DNA from: Thalia democratica
Taxonomy: Eukaryota
Direction: 5' to 3'
NCBI GenBank assembly: GCA_965202585.1
Contig: OZ241827.1
Coordinates: forward strand, 60,450,001 to 60,514,000
DNA length: 64,000 bases
The notes under the pieces were generated by a model, which saw only the letters and a list, made by a program, of their open reading frames with translations, was not told the DNA's origin and did no database searches. The translations under genes and the position numbers were made by a program. Shown here in pieces: positions 26,789 to 41,500 of this stretch (positions are counted from its first letter, which is position 1; the number at the start of each line of letters is the position of its first letter).

Positions 26789-29700
26789 CTGCCTTATTAA
26801 AGCTATCAGTTATTATGCATACTTTAACTATGCTATGAAAAATATGTTAACATTTTGTGTTATTAAAAGAAATTAAATAATTTTAGATCTGTTTATAGTC
26901 TGAAAAACAAAAAAAAAAGTTAATAAATGTAACTTAAATTGTGTATATGTAACTAGTATATAAATATTTAAAAGCATTTTTAAAATAGTATAATACTTTG
27001 TTTAACTTTTCTTACTAACTTTCAAATATTTTTTTAGCTTAAATAGTTACAAAGTAATCTAAATGCATGAATTAAGGTTTGAGTAGTTTTTCGAAAAAAT
27101 TAACATATCTACACAGAATGAATGAAGTCCGTTATTTCCACTATTTTTTCATTAACTTAACTGCATAGTTTGATTACAAACATATTTTTCATTATTATAT
27201 GTATTTTACTAGAAGCTACTTGTTCTTAAAAACTTAATTTTATTAGATTGAGTTTTAAACATTTTAATTAAGCATTTTCTAACCCAATAAACAGTACAAG
27301 TATTTCATTTTAAATCAATCAATTAGTACAGTAATTTCTGAGTCAACTTGACGATTTGCTATTTTTTCTCATAAAAGTAAAATTAATATTAATAGTGTAG
27401 AATAATTTTCAAAAATAAATTTTTGTGAAACAAGTGAAAAATTTATTATGAAAATACAACTTAATATAAATTAAACACTACCAAAGTTATATAGAGTAAA
27501 TAAAGTTTTTGGGCTTTTTTCTTACATCACATGCAACCATTAAGTTTTTTACCCGCCCATTAGTACATCATGTGAAAATCACTCTGTCATTTCGTTTGTA
27601 TGCAAATTTCTTAAATTCTAAGATGTCTATATTGTATGCAATTATATAAAACCAAGACATTTACGAGATTAGACCAAACTCTGACAATTTTTCTATAGAG
27701 TTGGAAAAATTGTTTAGTTGTTATGCATAAAATATGCTAACACCTATCTGTATGTTAAGTTAAAAGCATTTATAAAATTTTAGGAAATAAAATGTAGCTT
27801 AGCTAGATATCACTTGTGTTGTTTTAAATTTATTTCACATCGTACTCTTGTATACAAAAACATAAACATTTTGCTGTAATTTTAGAAGATAGCAAAAACA
27901 TCTGTTTGACTATAATTAATTAGCGTCTTAAACAACTAAAAAGTTTTATGTTTCTTAAAACTTTAAGTGGTATCGCGTAAAAGTTTTAAGAGCAGTTTTA
28001 AACGAAATATCGTTTCGTCAAAGGCTTAAAATGTAAATTATGACTCTATAAATTAACTTTGTGATTAATCTTTTCGGAAAATATTATATTTAAATGTAAT
28101 TTATTAAAAACTATATTTTACACAAAATTAATGTGTAAAATGTAAATAAAAAGGCTTATAGATATATAAAAAGAGTATATTTTGCAATAGTTTAGACACT
28201 TATTTCAAACAATTTATATGCTTTTATAACTTTTAGTATTAAAGCTTTATGAATTTTTGTTGCTTTTAAAAGTATGTTCCTTAGCTATGAAATCATTTAA
28301 CTATAAACGTATAAGCACATTGATACTATTAGTAATATAAAAAATAAAAATTCCTCGTAAAAATTTAACAAACTCCAAATTGTTTTAAAAATAATAACAA
28401 GTTTAAATAAAATATATAAAACGAAAGTATTTATTTTTTAGTAATTATGTTTTATTTTGTTTAAACAACATTTTACAAGAAATTAAACTTTTTTAGACAA
28501 AAAAGTCAGTATTGATTGAATATTAAAATCTATTCAATATTAACTTAATACTAAAATAAAATTTTTTTTTATAATAACATAGTGGTCTGTTAGATTTCAC
28601 AATAATTTGTTCTCGGGTCGTCGAACCACTCTCTGTAGTAATCAATTTATATTAAAATACAAATGTAAATTATTAACTAATAAGTTTCAAACTAACCTCT
28701 TTTGTTTCCAAATAGTGAAGGAAGTAGTAGTTATTTTTAGTAACAATTACATTAGATAAATCTTATTTTGGTACAGTTAAGTTTTAACAGTTCAACGTGA
28801 CATTAAATATGCTTAATATAAGCTTTTTTAATTAAAATTTTGAACCAGTTTCAAGTTATTTATTATTTTAACTATTTTTCAGAGATAATCTTAATTAAAA
28901 AATAAAAGTAATAAGCTTAGTAAAATTCTTAATCCGGTTATTTTTTTCTCGTTAACTCGTTGAACATTGTTAATTTTTTAATAAATATAGGTTTATAAAA
29001 TCTAAGAAATTGAGTTAGTTTACTTGAGTTTAAATGTGAATATTTGTTTGAAATTGGCTATAAAAACTTTTATAAATATTTTGACTACTTTCCATAAACG
29101 ATAAAAGTAAACGCTAATACATAGTTGTTATATTATTGTTCCCAATGACAACTTCTAGCCGCTAAAATATTTTTTGAGAAAAGAATCGTATTAACAATTT
29201 TTTTAAGTTTAAACTGTAAAGTCTCATAATATACGTAAACAATCAGTTGTTCTATTTTTTTAAATTAATTAAAGTATAATTGTTTAAAAAAGTTATTTAC
29301 AAGTTTTTATGTGAGCCGTTTTTATCGTTTAAAATGTTTAAGCTCTGAAAATTATTTTATTTGTTACTACATACAACTCTTAATTTGATTTTTTTTTTAA
29401 TATTAAATTTACTTTTTAGTTATTAGTTTATTTATAGGAATTAGAACTTTTTTAATAAATAAATTTTTATTTTTACTAGTAAGTATTTATTCTTTTTCAA
29501 AAAATAAGTCTTTTGAAGTTTGATTCTAAACTATCATTAATTTTTACTGAATACTATCTGAAAGCTATGCATACGTACAATCATAAATTTTGTGATGTTA
29601 TATAATATTTAAGAGTTGAAAAAATAAATAAATTTTATTTAAAAACTGTTTTATTCTTTATTTTAAGCATGTTACCGCTTTTCATGAACTTATCTTAATA

Positions 29701-32340
29701 AACTAAAACATCGAAACACACAGAAAAAACTTGAGACTACGATTTTACTCTAAAATACTAATCTTTTTTTTAAATTACTAATAAAATTAATTCGAATAAG
29801 TATATTAATTGTTTACAGTTTTAAACATTCAGCAACCGATAATAAGCATTTGTCATTATAATGCCAAACAAATCAATTAACACAACAGCTATGTGTAATA
29901 ACATCAATTACTACATAATTAGTTTAGTTGGTTTCAATAGCTTAATAATGTGTTAATTTAATGAAACAGTTCAATTAAACAAAGGAAACGGCTTAAGTAC
30001 TTAGATTTTATATTCTGTTATTATCTTATTTATTATATTAACTAAATTGTATTTAATTTTTTTAACACGTTATAAAAGTAAAACAAATATAAAAGCAACA
30101 TCTATCAAAAATATCATAGCTCTATATTGTTTACAATTTTGAACTAGTAAGTAGTTACTAGAGTTAGAAAAAAATAATGTGCTAGAAATTAAATCAAACA
30201 CAATACAGTTTTTAAAAACACTAAGTAGTTAGAAGATCAATTAAACTTACTTAATGTGTCCAAAGGAATTTTACAGATACTACCACATGGATTTATGAGT
30301 TATAGTGTTTGTATGAACGCAATACTGTGGTTTTATTTATTTGTAACAAAGTTTAGACACTTTTTGATAATAAATGCATTTTTTACATTAAAGTTTAAGG
30401 TAAAAAATATGTATCTTAAGTAAATGCTAAATTTATATTATGACTTAAAGTTGATTTTTTTTATCTTGATAAATGATGAACTTTCAAATCATCATATTAT
30501 TTTATCATTATAAAAAGTGTAAAAAGTGTTTAGATTAAAATAATTTATAAACAAAGTTATCAGTATTTGTATTACCAAGATAGTATTTATAAAAAGTATT
30601 AATTTATGTAAATAAACCGATTACTTCAAAAAGTAATATTGTTTCTATTTTGTGTTTAAAGAAATTGTTCATGCATAAATTAAAATAAATTTAGTTATTT
30701 CCAACTAAGAATCTAAAGTTTTTAGAAGATTAAGTAACTATTGTATAACTACTTAAAAGCTTTATTAGTTCAGAACAGTATTTTTAAACTTTAAAACAAT
30801 AATAGTTAGTTTTTCGAAATATAATATAACTAACTTATATTTTTGCAAATTTGTATAAACTATAAAAAGAAAATATATAAAACTTATTTACAGTTTTTGT
30901 TTAAAAAGTTTTTTGTTAAATCAATTAATCTTTAAACACTCTTAAAAAAACAAAAGTCGTTTATAAAGCCTTTAGAACAAGTTTTGTAAGAATTTAAACA
31001 AAGAAAACAAGGATTACTAAATAAATTTTTCGGTCAATAAAATGTATTTATGGTATCAGATAAAATAAAGGTAATTTAATAATTTTGTTCATTATATTTA
31101 AAATCGTACAAGTTCTATAATTAACCAGGAATGGACATTAAAAACTAATTTACAACTGCAGATTTAATTTGATGTAGGTCAACATAATAATAAAGATAAC
31201 TAATTACTAGCAACTTTGAAGTAAATGAAATAAGTTTATATAGTGATAACTTAAATACTACTAAAAATAATGGTGCACATTTTTGTTAAATGTAGCTAAG
31301 ATTAACTAAAAGTAATGTAATTGTTACATAAACTATAGTTCAAACCTTAAAATAATACATCAAACTAAGACTGTTGCTGTGTTTCATTAGAAAAAAACGT
31401 GGTAAGTTTGTTAAAAACAGGCATTAACTAATTATCAAAGTTATACTGTTTACACAAACACAGACTAATGGATAAACTCTTACGTCATAAAATCAAAGTT
31501 TTTGTCGTTTAACCCTTTTTACGGTCGGTAGTCAAAGCAGAAACAAATGTAATATAACATTAATTACAACAGTAAAAGATTATACTAATAAAGCAAAAAA
31601 AGACTGTTTTGGACTTTAGTTTTAAACATCTATTTAAATTTACAAAATAAAAATAAAAATTTTGTAGTCAGTGATAGTTTTCTTAGAATTTTTGTAAATT
31701 ATTGAACAAAAATCAATTTTAACGAAATTCTTTATTTAAATATTTGTACTCAACTTTGGAAATCTAATTTACTTCGTAACACAAAACATAAAAGTTTGTT
31801 ATACAAAGGTTGAACTTTGAAAATTAGAACTTCTAAAAATTTAAATTGAAGTTAAGAATTTTGCAGAATGTAAACAACATTTTTGTTTTTGCTAAGACGA
31901 TCGTGTGACATCAAAAAAATTTACGAGCTTCACAAAGTAATTATTACTTCAGTTATTATTTCAACTTAAAAGTCATTTGAGTGAAATGTATTTTTTTATT
32001 ACAAAGTAGTTTGCTATGGAAATTGTTTATAACAGTTATATTACAACATCTATAATATTTTTTTAACAGTGAAACATTTTACGTACAGAATTTCCTTCGA
32101 CAAAACTTTTTGAGCTTGTGTTATTGTTCAAAAAATCAACATATCTATATTTTATTTAAGATTTAGTTGTAGAATCATACTAACAGCTTTATACTTTATT
32201 ATTTAACTAAGATTTTGCAAATCAAATCTGACGATTTGATTTATTTTACTTGGAAACACAACTTTACTGTTACATTTTAAAATAAGTATTTGAAATCGAA
32301 AACCTCACAATAATACCTGTAAAAAAGGTGTAATGATTGG

Positions 32341-32508
32341 GAGACGTTCAAAATCCACCTGATCAGAATCCTCCCAGTCAAATTATAGAACCGCTTACTG
32401 ATCGAGGGTAAGAGTTAGGGGTAACAGTGGTAGTGGAAAATAAATAAAAATAAATAAACAAAAATGCAAAAATATATATAAAAAATCGGGTAGATTTTGA
32501 TAGTAAAC
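32341..32508. mobile_element. Small MITE-like element with an internal TTAGGG-like motif
   Basis: TCAAAATCCACCTGAT (32348-32363) versus the reverse complement of ATCGGGTAGATTTTGA (32485-32500); ends not resolved. Confidence 0.45.
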
Positions 32509-32930
32509 CGTAATGATTAAATGTTTATAAATAATGTAAGTTTTTCTAATACATAAAGAAAAAAAAAGTTTCAAGCTTACAGAAAACTTAACAAAATTTA
32601 TTTAGGTTTATTTAAAAAAATGAGAAAAACCAACAAATTCATATAAAGCTTGTTACTATGCTATTTCAAAAACTATATAATTAAAAAGAAATAAATTTAA
32701 GCATTTCAATATTAAAACGAACAAAAAGAGTTTTAGGCCTAATCAATTAATGATTAAAAATTAAAATTTATTAAAGTAACTACAAAGTATGTTTAAGTGT
32801 ATAAAGAAAAAGTTAAGCTTTAAATTCTAATAACTTATGTTTTATTCAAACACTTTAATAACTAAGATCAATAAGAAAGATTTTCTAGATCTTAGCTATG
32901 TGTTTACTTTCAGTATATTTTACAGCTGAC

Positions 32931-33029
32931 AAAACATATAAACAAATTTATGTTTAAAACATGATAATGACAACTTTTCACGATAAAATATGTTTTGCAT
33001 TTCACATTTGCACGTGTTTGATTTTATCA
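32931..33029 (-). pseudogene. Cassette M2 copy (99 nt, both splice sites intact)
   Basis: aacaag acceptor, gtcagc donor; VIKSNTCKCEMQNIFYREKLSLSCFKHKFVYMF, open, phase 1-1. Confidence 0.5.
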
Positions 33030-33635
33030 CTTGTTTTATACCTAAATATTTAGTAATTTCATCTCTTTTAACTCCAAACTTTGAAAACATCCTAACTTTT
33101 TTTTCAAAAAAAACTATTAGCATATTTATAAATGAGTTTCAATTCTAATTTGTGGCACATTACTTATTACATTTTTATTAGACGTTTACCTAAATTTATG
33201 TTTATTAAAACAAAAAAAAAGAAGTTTAAGCTTTTCTAGGGATATGATAACCATAAAGGATAATCATGAATAAGTTTTTTAATTGTATAATGGAGAAATA
33301 AATTTTCAAATATAACTGAATAACATATAATTTTACAATATTATTTACTTTAAACGCAAGCAGCTTTAAAAACTGCGTTTTTGTTTTGTAGCAGCAACCA
33401 AAAGCTTCCTTTTCTTTAATTTGAAATTATAAACATTAAATGTAACAAAATATGCTTAATGTTTTATTATATGATTTCATATTATTTTTAAATTTATTAA
33501 TACTGTTAGATGGCATTTATATTGTTATTGAGAATTACTCGTTCTAGATTTTTTTGTGTTTTGTAACACACAAGATTTTTTTGGTTTTTTCTCAAAATAC
33601 AAATTTAACATATTTCAAATAAAAAAAAAACATAC

Positions 33636-33687
33636 GTGCCCGTCTGCTTAAAAAATTCGTTGTACTTTTAACCTTTCTACTTCAAAG
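33636..33687 (-). pseudogene. Cassette M3 copy (52 nt, internal TAA)
   Basis: tttttttag/gtatgt; compensating indels and a stop relative to 14698-14749. Confidence 0.45.
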
Positions 33688-34212
33688 CTAAAAAAACGTG
33701 ATTTTTGTTGTAAAACATAAACTTCAACAGTTTATGTTTGTTAATACGTAAGATATCGTGTTTCGTGTTTATAATATTATCTTTATTACGTTAAAAAAAG
33801 AAAAAGTACGTAGGTGTTATATTTGTTAGAAAAATCACTTATTTCAGAACAGTTAAAATGATTAAGTACTTTAATACGATTGTAGACAATAGCATTTTAA
33901 AGATTGATTGAACTTTAATAATATACTACGAACAAAAGTTCATATACAATTACATTAATTAAAAATATTTACATTTGATACATTAGTTATAACTTTATTT
34001 TTATGCATATTACTATGATTGTAATATGTTAAACAACTAATTAAATTTGACATTTCACACGAATCAAGTCTAGTTAAATCTTGTCAAAACAAATTATAAT
34101 CAAATTTTTATTAAAAAACCATCATTTAAAAACTTGAATTTTAAATCCTAGAATAATTTTTTTTTTAAAGAAACCGTTTACAGTTAAAAGTTATATTATG
34201 AAGTAAAGTTAC

Positions 34213-34253
34213 AAAACATGGTACTAATGTAAATTTGGTATTGCAACTGTCAA
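34213..34253 (-). pseudogene. Cassette M4 copy (DSCNTKFTLVPCF)
   Basis: gatag acceptor and gtaact donor, 41 nt. Confidence 0.5.
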
Positions 34254-37200
34254 CTATCTAATTAAAGCTATCCCTTATTGTGCATACTTAAATTATGATT
34301 CGTAAAATATGTTAATACTTTATGTTTTTAAAAGAAATCAACTAAATTTAGGGTTTTTAGTCGGAAAAAAATACAAAGAAAACAAAATTATGTATAAGTA
34401 ACAAGTCTAACAATACCTAACGGTAATACACTTTTGATATAAATTAATATTTTATTTAAATTTTATTACTAACATTTTAACACACTTATTTTTTTTCCTG
34501 AAATGTTAAAAATAATTTTGCTGCATAAATTAAAGTTAAAAATTTTTCTAATAAATTAAACCTACCTACACAGAATAAATCAAATTCTTGATTTCTAATT
34601 TTTTTGAATTATTTAAGTGCCTAGTTTGATTAAAAATACACTTTTTGAATTAATGCATAATTTACTATAAACATCTCGTTCTAAAAACCCTAATTTTAAA
34701 AGACTTAAATTTTAATTTTTTTGATTAACATTTTATTACTCATTAAACAAACACAAGTATTTCATTTTAAAGCAATCAATTACCCTAGAAGTTTGCATCG
34801 AAACCCTTCCCTTAAGTAAGATAGTTAACATATTATTTGTTCTCTTGAAAGAAAACTAATAATGTTAGTTTACGCTAATATACTTTAAATCAGCTGATAG
34901 ATATATTATAAATATACATCTTACTTGAAAGAATAAGATGCTAAGCATACTTAGCATGATTAAAATTTTCGAGCTTTGTACATCACATGTTACTATTAAA
35001 CTTTTTGCAACTTTAATTAACACACCATGTGAACATTTTCTCTAACTATTGCTTTTGTTAGCAAAAATATTTACATTCTAATATGTCACTATTGTACATA
35101 TCTATGAAGCACAAAACTACAACATTTATGAGAATAGATCCAATTGTGACAATCTTATTAAAAAGTTTGAAAAAGCATAAAGTTGTTATGTATAAAGTAT
35201 ACTAATACCTAATTGTAAGATAATTTGAAATTGAAATTTTAATAAATAGTATACTTGTCTACGTAGCTCAATATTACTCGTGTTGTTTTAAATTTAATTC
35301 ATAGTGTTCTCTAGTATAGCAAAAAAATATCAGTTAAGTTTTAAGGATAAAAGTAACATATGTTTGACTATTCTTAGTTTTTGTCTGAATGTTTACTATA
35401 CAACTTAAAAAAAAATTCCAATACATTCAAGTGATATCGCGTAAAGATATAAGTTATATAAGATATAAAATTTTAAGAGCAGTTTTAAACGAAATATCGT
35501 TTCGTCATACGCTTAAAGATATTAATTATGACGCAATTAATTAATCATATGATTTTTTTTTTGGAAAATATTATTTTTGAATGTTATTTACTAAACAGTA
35601 TAATTTACAAAAACTTAATGCGTAAAACAAAAAAAAAGGTTTATAGAAATATAAAAAGAGTATATTTGCAATAATTTAAGCACTTATTGAAGCAAATTAT
35701 TCGCTTTTATAACTTTTAGTATTAAAACTTTATGACTTTTTCTTCTGTTAAATAAATATGCTTTTGATATGAAATAATTTAACTATAAACATACAAGTAA
35801 GCTGATATTATTAGTAGTTAAAAAATTATTAATAAATACCAAGTAAAAATTTAACAAACTCTATACTGTTTTAACAATAATAACAAGGTTAAACAAAATA
35901 TATGAAACAAAAGTATCAAGTTTTTTTTTGTAATTTAGTTATTCTTTTGGTTTAATACGATATGTTTTCAAACAAGTTCTGCAAGTTTTTCGGTTTGTTA
36001 AAACAAGCCTTAAACAACTTATTTTCTTTAAAATAAACTTTAGCCCAAGCAAAAACATTACAAGAAGATCTTAATAAAGATTAAAAAACAAAAGCTTAAT
36101 AGAGTTTTTAATAAGTATACTTCTGTGCGTTTTAAGAAATATTTTAGATTCAAGATCTATTTGTTTTAATATATTCGTTGATGATTTTTTAAGAACAGTT
36201 ATAAATTAAATTAACTAATTTCATTTTAATGCATGTTTTAAAAAATTGGCACAAAAGCAGAACATTTTATCTAAAATCTACAAATATTTCTTTTAAAGAG
36301 TTGTTTTTCCAACTTTGTAAATAGCAACTTTTATGAAAATTACCAAAACTCGTATAAGTTTTTTAAACTCATGTTTAAGTACTTGATGATGATCATTGAG
36401 CTTTTTTTTTAAATCTTAAAATTTATTTTCTTTAAATAGTTAATGACCACTTTTGTATATTTTTTTTTATAAACATGATTTTTTTTAACGATGCATGCAC
36501 AATATTAACATTTTTGAATTTGCCAAAATATACCTTTTAATATCAGTGAGACATAAGTGATTTATAAATATATAATTTATGATTGTTTACAACTGAAGTC
36601 ACTCAACTAAAAATATTTTAATCTTAAAATTTACTCTTAACTTGCATTTCGTAAGGATTATTAAACTAAGTTATCAACTTTTTTTTAGGTTTTTGAAAAA
36701 CAGTTCTAGGTTTTTTAATATTTTAGGTACAATGTTAGGTAACTTAGTTTAACTTGAATATATTTGCTCAAGCTTTATAGAACGTTCTAGGTTAGATTAT
36801 TTTTGGTTGTTTTGACTTAAATATGACCAATAGTTTCTTGAAAGCAATAAAGTCAAATGTAATAATTTGTTCATACAAATTTAATTGCATTTTACTAAAA
36901 ATAAAACAATAATATTTTTAAATGTTTGAAATATTGTTTTTATTAGACTAAGATTTTTATACAACCAAAAATATTTTATAGATAAAACAGTATAGATTAA
37001 AAGGAAATACTAAACTTTGTTTTAATTTTAATCAGTTTTAGAATAAATAAAAATGTTATAGACAAAAAAGTCAGTATTGATTGAATATTAAAATCAATTC
37101 AATAGTAAGCTAAAACTAAAATAATATTTAAATTTATAATAATATAATGGTCTATTATATTTTAAATTATTTTATTCTCGTGTGGTCAAACTAAATAAAA

Positions 37201-38537
37201 AACTAATCAATTCTTTGTCAAAAAATAATTAAAAAATATCTAAAATTGTGTTTCCAACAAACCTCTTTTGTTTTAAAAGAATAGAGGGAGTACAACTTTT
37301 TTTAAACAAAATACTAAATAAATCTTTTTTTGGTACAATAAAATTTTAAAAGTTCTAAATAAAATTAAACTATTTGTTTAGAATTTAGATTAAATAAAAA
37401 AGATTAAAATAAACTCTTACTACCTAAATTGTACTAGTGGTATTTATTTTCCAACTTACTCATCGGCTTAACGACCTTTTAAATATAAGAAATATAAAAA
37501 GTAGTAATAACTTATACAAGACAAATTAAAAACTAATAAATATTTAAATAATTAAAGTAATAAAACATTAAAATTTTATAAACCCAGATTTATAGCGACA
37601 TTTTTTATTATATATGATTTACTTGTCTGACTTACGTGCAGTTTTTAAAATGTAAATTTTTAATAGTTTTAGGCTCTTAGATATAAGTAAAGATACAACA
37701 ATATGTTTAAGTTTTTTTTTTTAACAATTAAGATATTTTAAACATAAAAAAATCTGTTTTACTACTTGTTATCAGTAGTTAAATGTCTAATTTTTCTAAA
37801 CAATCAAGCTGAAAAGTTATTTCAATATTATTTTTAAAATTGAATTAATTTAAAAGGTATTAAAAATAAAGTTACCTTCTTTTTACATTTGAATTATTAT
37901 TTACTTTCTGTATACTTTTGTTGAATAGAATACCTTCTTTATTTTTAATCAAGTAAAATAGCGGCCTAATGTTCAAACTCAATTAATCGTTTTAATTTAG
38001 AAGTTATACAAATACAAAACAGCTAAATTTAAAAATTTCAAACTATTTTTACTAAAATATAACGCTTTGTAAACAAGCTCGTAAATGTCTTCTTTTTTAT
38101 AAAAATGTTTATCATGATAATTACAAACTTAAACATTTTTGTTAAGAAACTATTTTATTTTAGTTAGAATACAAGCTTTTTTTAGTTTAAGGCTCAAATG
38201 TTAAAGATATTTTTGTAGGTCATAAGTTTATTATTCCATGTATTAAGTACTTTAAAAGTTGCATGTGATTGAAGTATTATAAACTTTATAGAACGTAATG
38301 TAGAACACTAATCAATCTAGCGAAAAACCATTTTCATACCTTTTGTATGTACACTTGTAAACTTTTTTTAATACTGATTAAGAAAAGAACATGTGTAAAC
38401 TTAAAATCTTTCAAGAACACAAAGCATGAATTTCTCTTGAAAAATCTGAGTTTAATAAGGCCAAAATTTAGTTTGCAAACAAAAGTATTGAATAATTTTT
38501 TAGAAATAAATTGGCAAGTTGTGTATAGTTGGTTTAC

Positions 38538-38578
38538 AAAACAAGATAAAAACTTAAACTTAGCATTGCAACTGTCAA
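38538..38578 (-). pseudogene. Cassette M4 copy (DSCNAKFKFLSCF), acceptor lost
   Basis: 41 nt; gtaaac donor; AG->AA. Confidence 0.45.
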
Positions 38579-41500
38579 TTTTATGATTAAATCAATCACT
38601 TATTGATTTACTTTTAGCATAATATGTTAACTAAGTTTTACTTACCACACTTATTAAGTAAGCAAGCAGTAGAGCTTAGGATATTTTAATCGAAAACAGA
38701 ACTAATATTTTAATGTATCTTATCAAAAATTCATGATACTTAATTTTTTGAGAATATTGAAATACATAAACTTAAACATGTTTTATTACTCTTTTTAAAT
38801 TTTTAAGTATACTTCTAAATATATAGGTAATCAGCTTACTTTTTTCGTCCTTTAATCGGTGAAAATGTGTCCTTCAACTTTAACTAAAGTACTTTCAGAA
38901 ATTAATTAATTAAAAGAGGTGAATATATTTTATCAAGCTATAGGAAGCGTAAATAATAATATAAATGTGTTTTTAAGCTTAAAATAAAGTTAAGCGCTTT
39001 AAAAACACTATTAAATATTTGTAGTAAGTTTATAGTTGTATTATCAAAAGCTTAAACTACTGTTATATTTTTTTTTTGCAGATAAATGCTTCGAATAATT
39101 TGAATTGTTACAATTTCTTAATTTAAGTATTGTTTATTAATTTATGGTACATACATATTTAAAGTTCAAAACAAGTATACTTAAGATAATTTTTTGCTTT
39201 TTACGTATTTTAACAATAACGTTTGAACACAATTTATTTTTCTTATAAATTTACTATGTAAACTTCTAGCATAAATCAAGCTTTAAACTTAAAAAATGGT
39301 ATAAAATTATTACAATATAAAACACACTTGCATAAGCTATATCAGTTGTTATATTCGCACAGTTTGTTTTCAGAACTTTAGTTTTTAATAAAAAAGTATT
39401 ACAAAAGCTTTAAAAGTGTTTACTCGTTCTATAAAGCTTAATACTTTAAAATTTTGTTTTAATTTTTTATACTTGAACACATCCTTGTTAACTATAACCA
39501 AAATATTTTTTTTTGTACGAATATTAACATAAATTAGTTCGTATCAAAACTCTTAAGTTATTTTTGTTAACTTAATATTTGTTTTTTTAAAAGTAGATTA
39601 GATATAATAGTTTACACCAATAACTTAAAAGTAAAATAAAACTTTCAACTAAAACAGTTGCAAATTTGTTTTTAAATATACCTTAACCTAAAGATCGCAT
39701 TTAATTTTTTTTGTGTACCTGAGACTGAAAAATCACAAAGAATAAAATAAAACAGTTAAAGTTTTTAGGAACTTTGTTATATCATCACATATTGCCATTG
39801 AGTATTTTGCCACCTATTAACACGTCGTGTGAAAAAATGTCAAAAGTTAATACCTTTATTTGACAATTTATTCTGTTCACAAAATTACAATTGTACATAG
39901 TTAAGCCGCGATAAACCACGAACATTTTAAGGTTAGACCTCTTATTTACAATGTTTTTAAACTTTTTTAAACTTTTAGGTTATTATTTTGAAATCTTAAT
40001 CAAACGAAAAAACTCTTCCTAATACACCATTGTTTTTTATTTATTTATATGGCGATGTGGTTTTAAATTAACTAACTATGGGACATAACTCTTTTGTTAC
40101 AAAACACAAGATAAATTAATTTAATCATGTTTATAACTGAAAAAATATATTAAAACAACTTTAATAACTACAAGAAAACTTGTAACGAAATGCATTTGTC
40201 TACTTTAATGTAGTTTATTGAATTAATAAATCATTTTTGTTCATAAATACTTGTGACGAATTTAACTTTTGTCGAAACTATTAAAGATTACAAAAAGTAT
40301 TTTCAGCAACTTTACATGAAATATTTATAATTTTGTTAAAAAAATATTAATTAATGTTTGGTTTTAGAAATAGTTTTCGAAATTGTAGGTAGTATACTTT
40401 GTATTTAGCTATACAATTTAAACTTCTTTAAACATTAAAATAAATTAAAGTTTAAAAATTTTTTTTTTTATAATTTCAACTTTTATTTGATTTAAAAAAA
40501 ATAAAATTGATCTAAAGCGTGTAAAAACATACGCTAAAACTTACATTTGAATTCAGTTTTAAATATTTTTGCAAAAAAAAAAATTTGTTTATAAACCAAA
40601 CTTACTAATAAACAATAAGTCAATTGTTCTTATTTGTAATCCCTTTTTTTGTTCAAAATCTCATTTTAGTCAATTAACTTTTATTTTATTGAAAATACTT
40701 TAGAAAGTTAATTGTTAATTAAATTTTAAACAATGCTTCTTAAGCAAATGAGAGATTTTTTTTCTTCAAAGCAGTATCTATAAAGCAGTATATTGAAACT
40801 TTTAAATAAAAAAATAAATAAAATTGCTTTTAAAAAATTTAAAAAGCTGAATCATTAAAACTTTAGTTATATTGTAGTTTAGTCTCAATTTTGAAGTTTA
40901 TGTAAAGCTAAGGTATTTCACCTATAACTGGTTTGTAATATGTTTTTTATTTGTCATTATTGTTAGTTAAAATGTTTATTTATTTTCATAGCAAGTTCTA
41001 AACATATTTTAAATGTTTTAAAAATGGTTTGACAAAATACTCTTGAATTAAAGTGTGAAGCTGTGTTTAAGTAAAATCGTGCAAAATAAAACATCCACTT
41101 TGCTACATTTAACATTATGTTGTTTAAAATGTATTGTTAGTTTACTTTACCATACTAAAATATAAAACTTTTACCATAATTTTAAAACATAGTAGTAACA
41201 CCTGTTCGGTAAGATTATGATGATTAATTTGTGCCTTTATATCTTTACTCTGCAGTTAAAAAAGTTTCATTTTTCCAAAACTTCAAGTGATGTCGCGTAA
41301 AGGTAGATACAAGAACAGATTTAAACGAATTATCGCTTCATCAAACTATATATAGATACTAATAATATAAAATACGACGCAACTGCTTAATCATATGATG
41401 TATGATTTTATAAAAAAAATTATTTTTAATTGCAATTTACTTCAAAGTTTAGTTTTTATAAAATTAATCTTTAAATAGTGATTTAAATAGCTTTTAGTAA

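Larger units (their letters stand above)
12470..41460. repeat. Ancient tandem segmental array, 3-4 diverged units of roughly 7-10 kb
   Basis: Shared blocks recur in the same order and orientation: 12582~30999; 13985~23830~32895; 14695~33630; 16380~17660~26710~34213~38510; 18420~27520~34975; 19020~27960~35430~41280; 20990~29830; 28490~37060; 25600~37445; 26200~38010. Confidence 0.85.

Noticed and set aside
26774-26795. TATTGCAACTGTC resembles miR-92 (UAUUGCACUUGUC)
   Set aside because: The seed differs (AUUGCAA versus AUUGCAC) and the 3' half is unrelated.
12480-35200. Array peptides resembling class A GPCR TM1 (NxxV) and TM7/helix 8 (NPxx...FxKxF)
   Set aside because: The motifs differ between copies, and the 27.6/35.1-kb block shows no codon-position bias (5/9/7 in the in-register plus-strand frame); AT-rich DNA readily mimics TM helices. 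It needs a profile search.
35930-37050. ~1.1-kb segment in unit 3 absent from unit 2
   Set aside because: No TIR, TSD or recognisable transposase translation that I can support.
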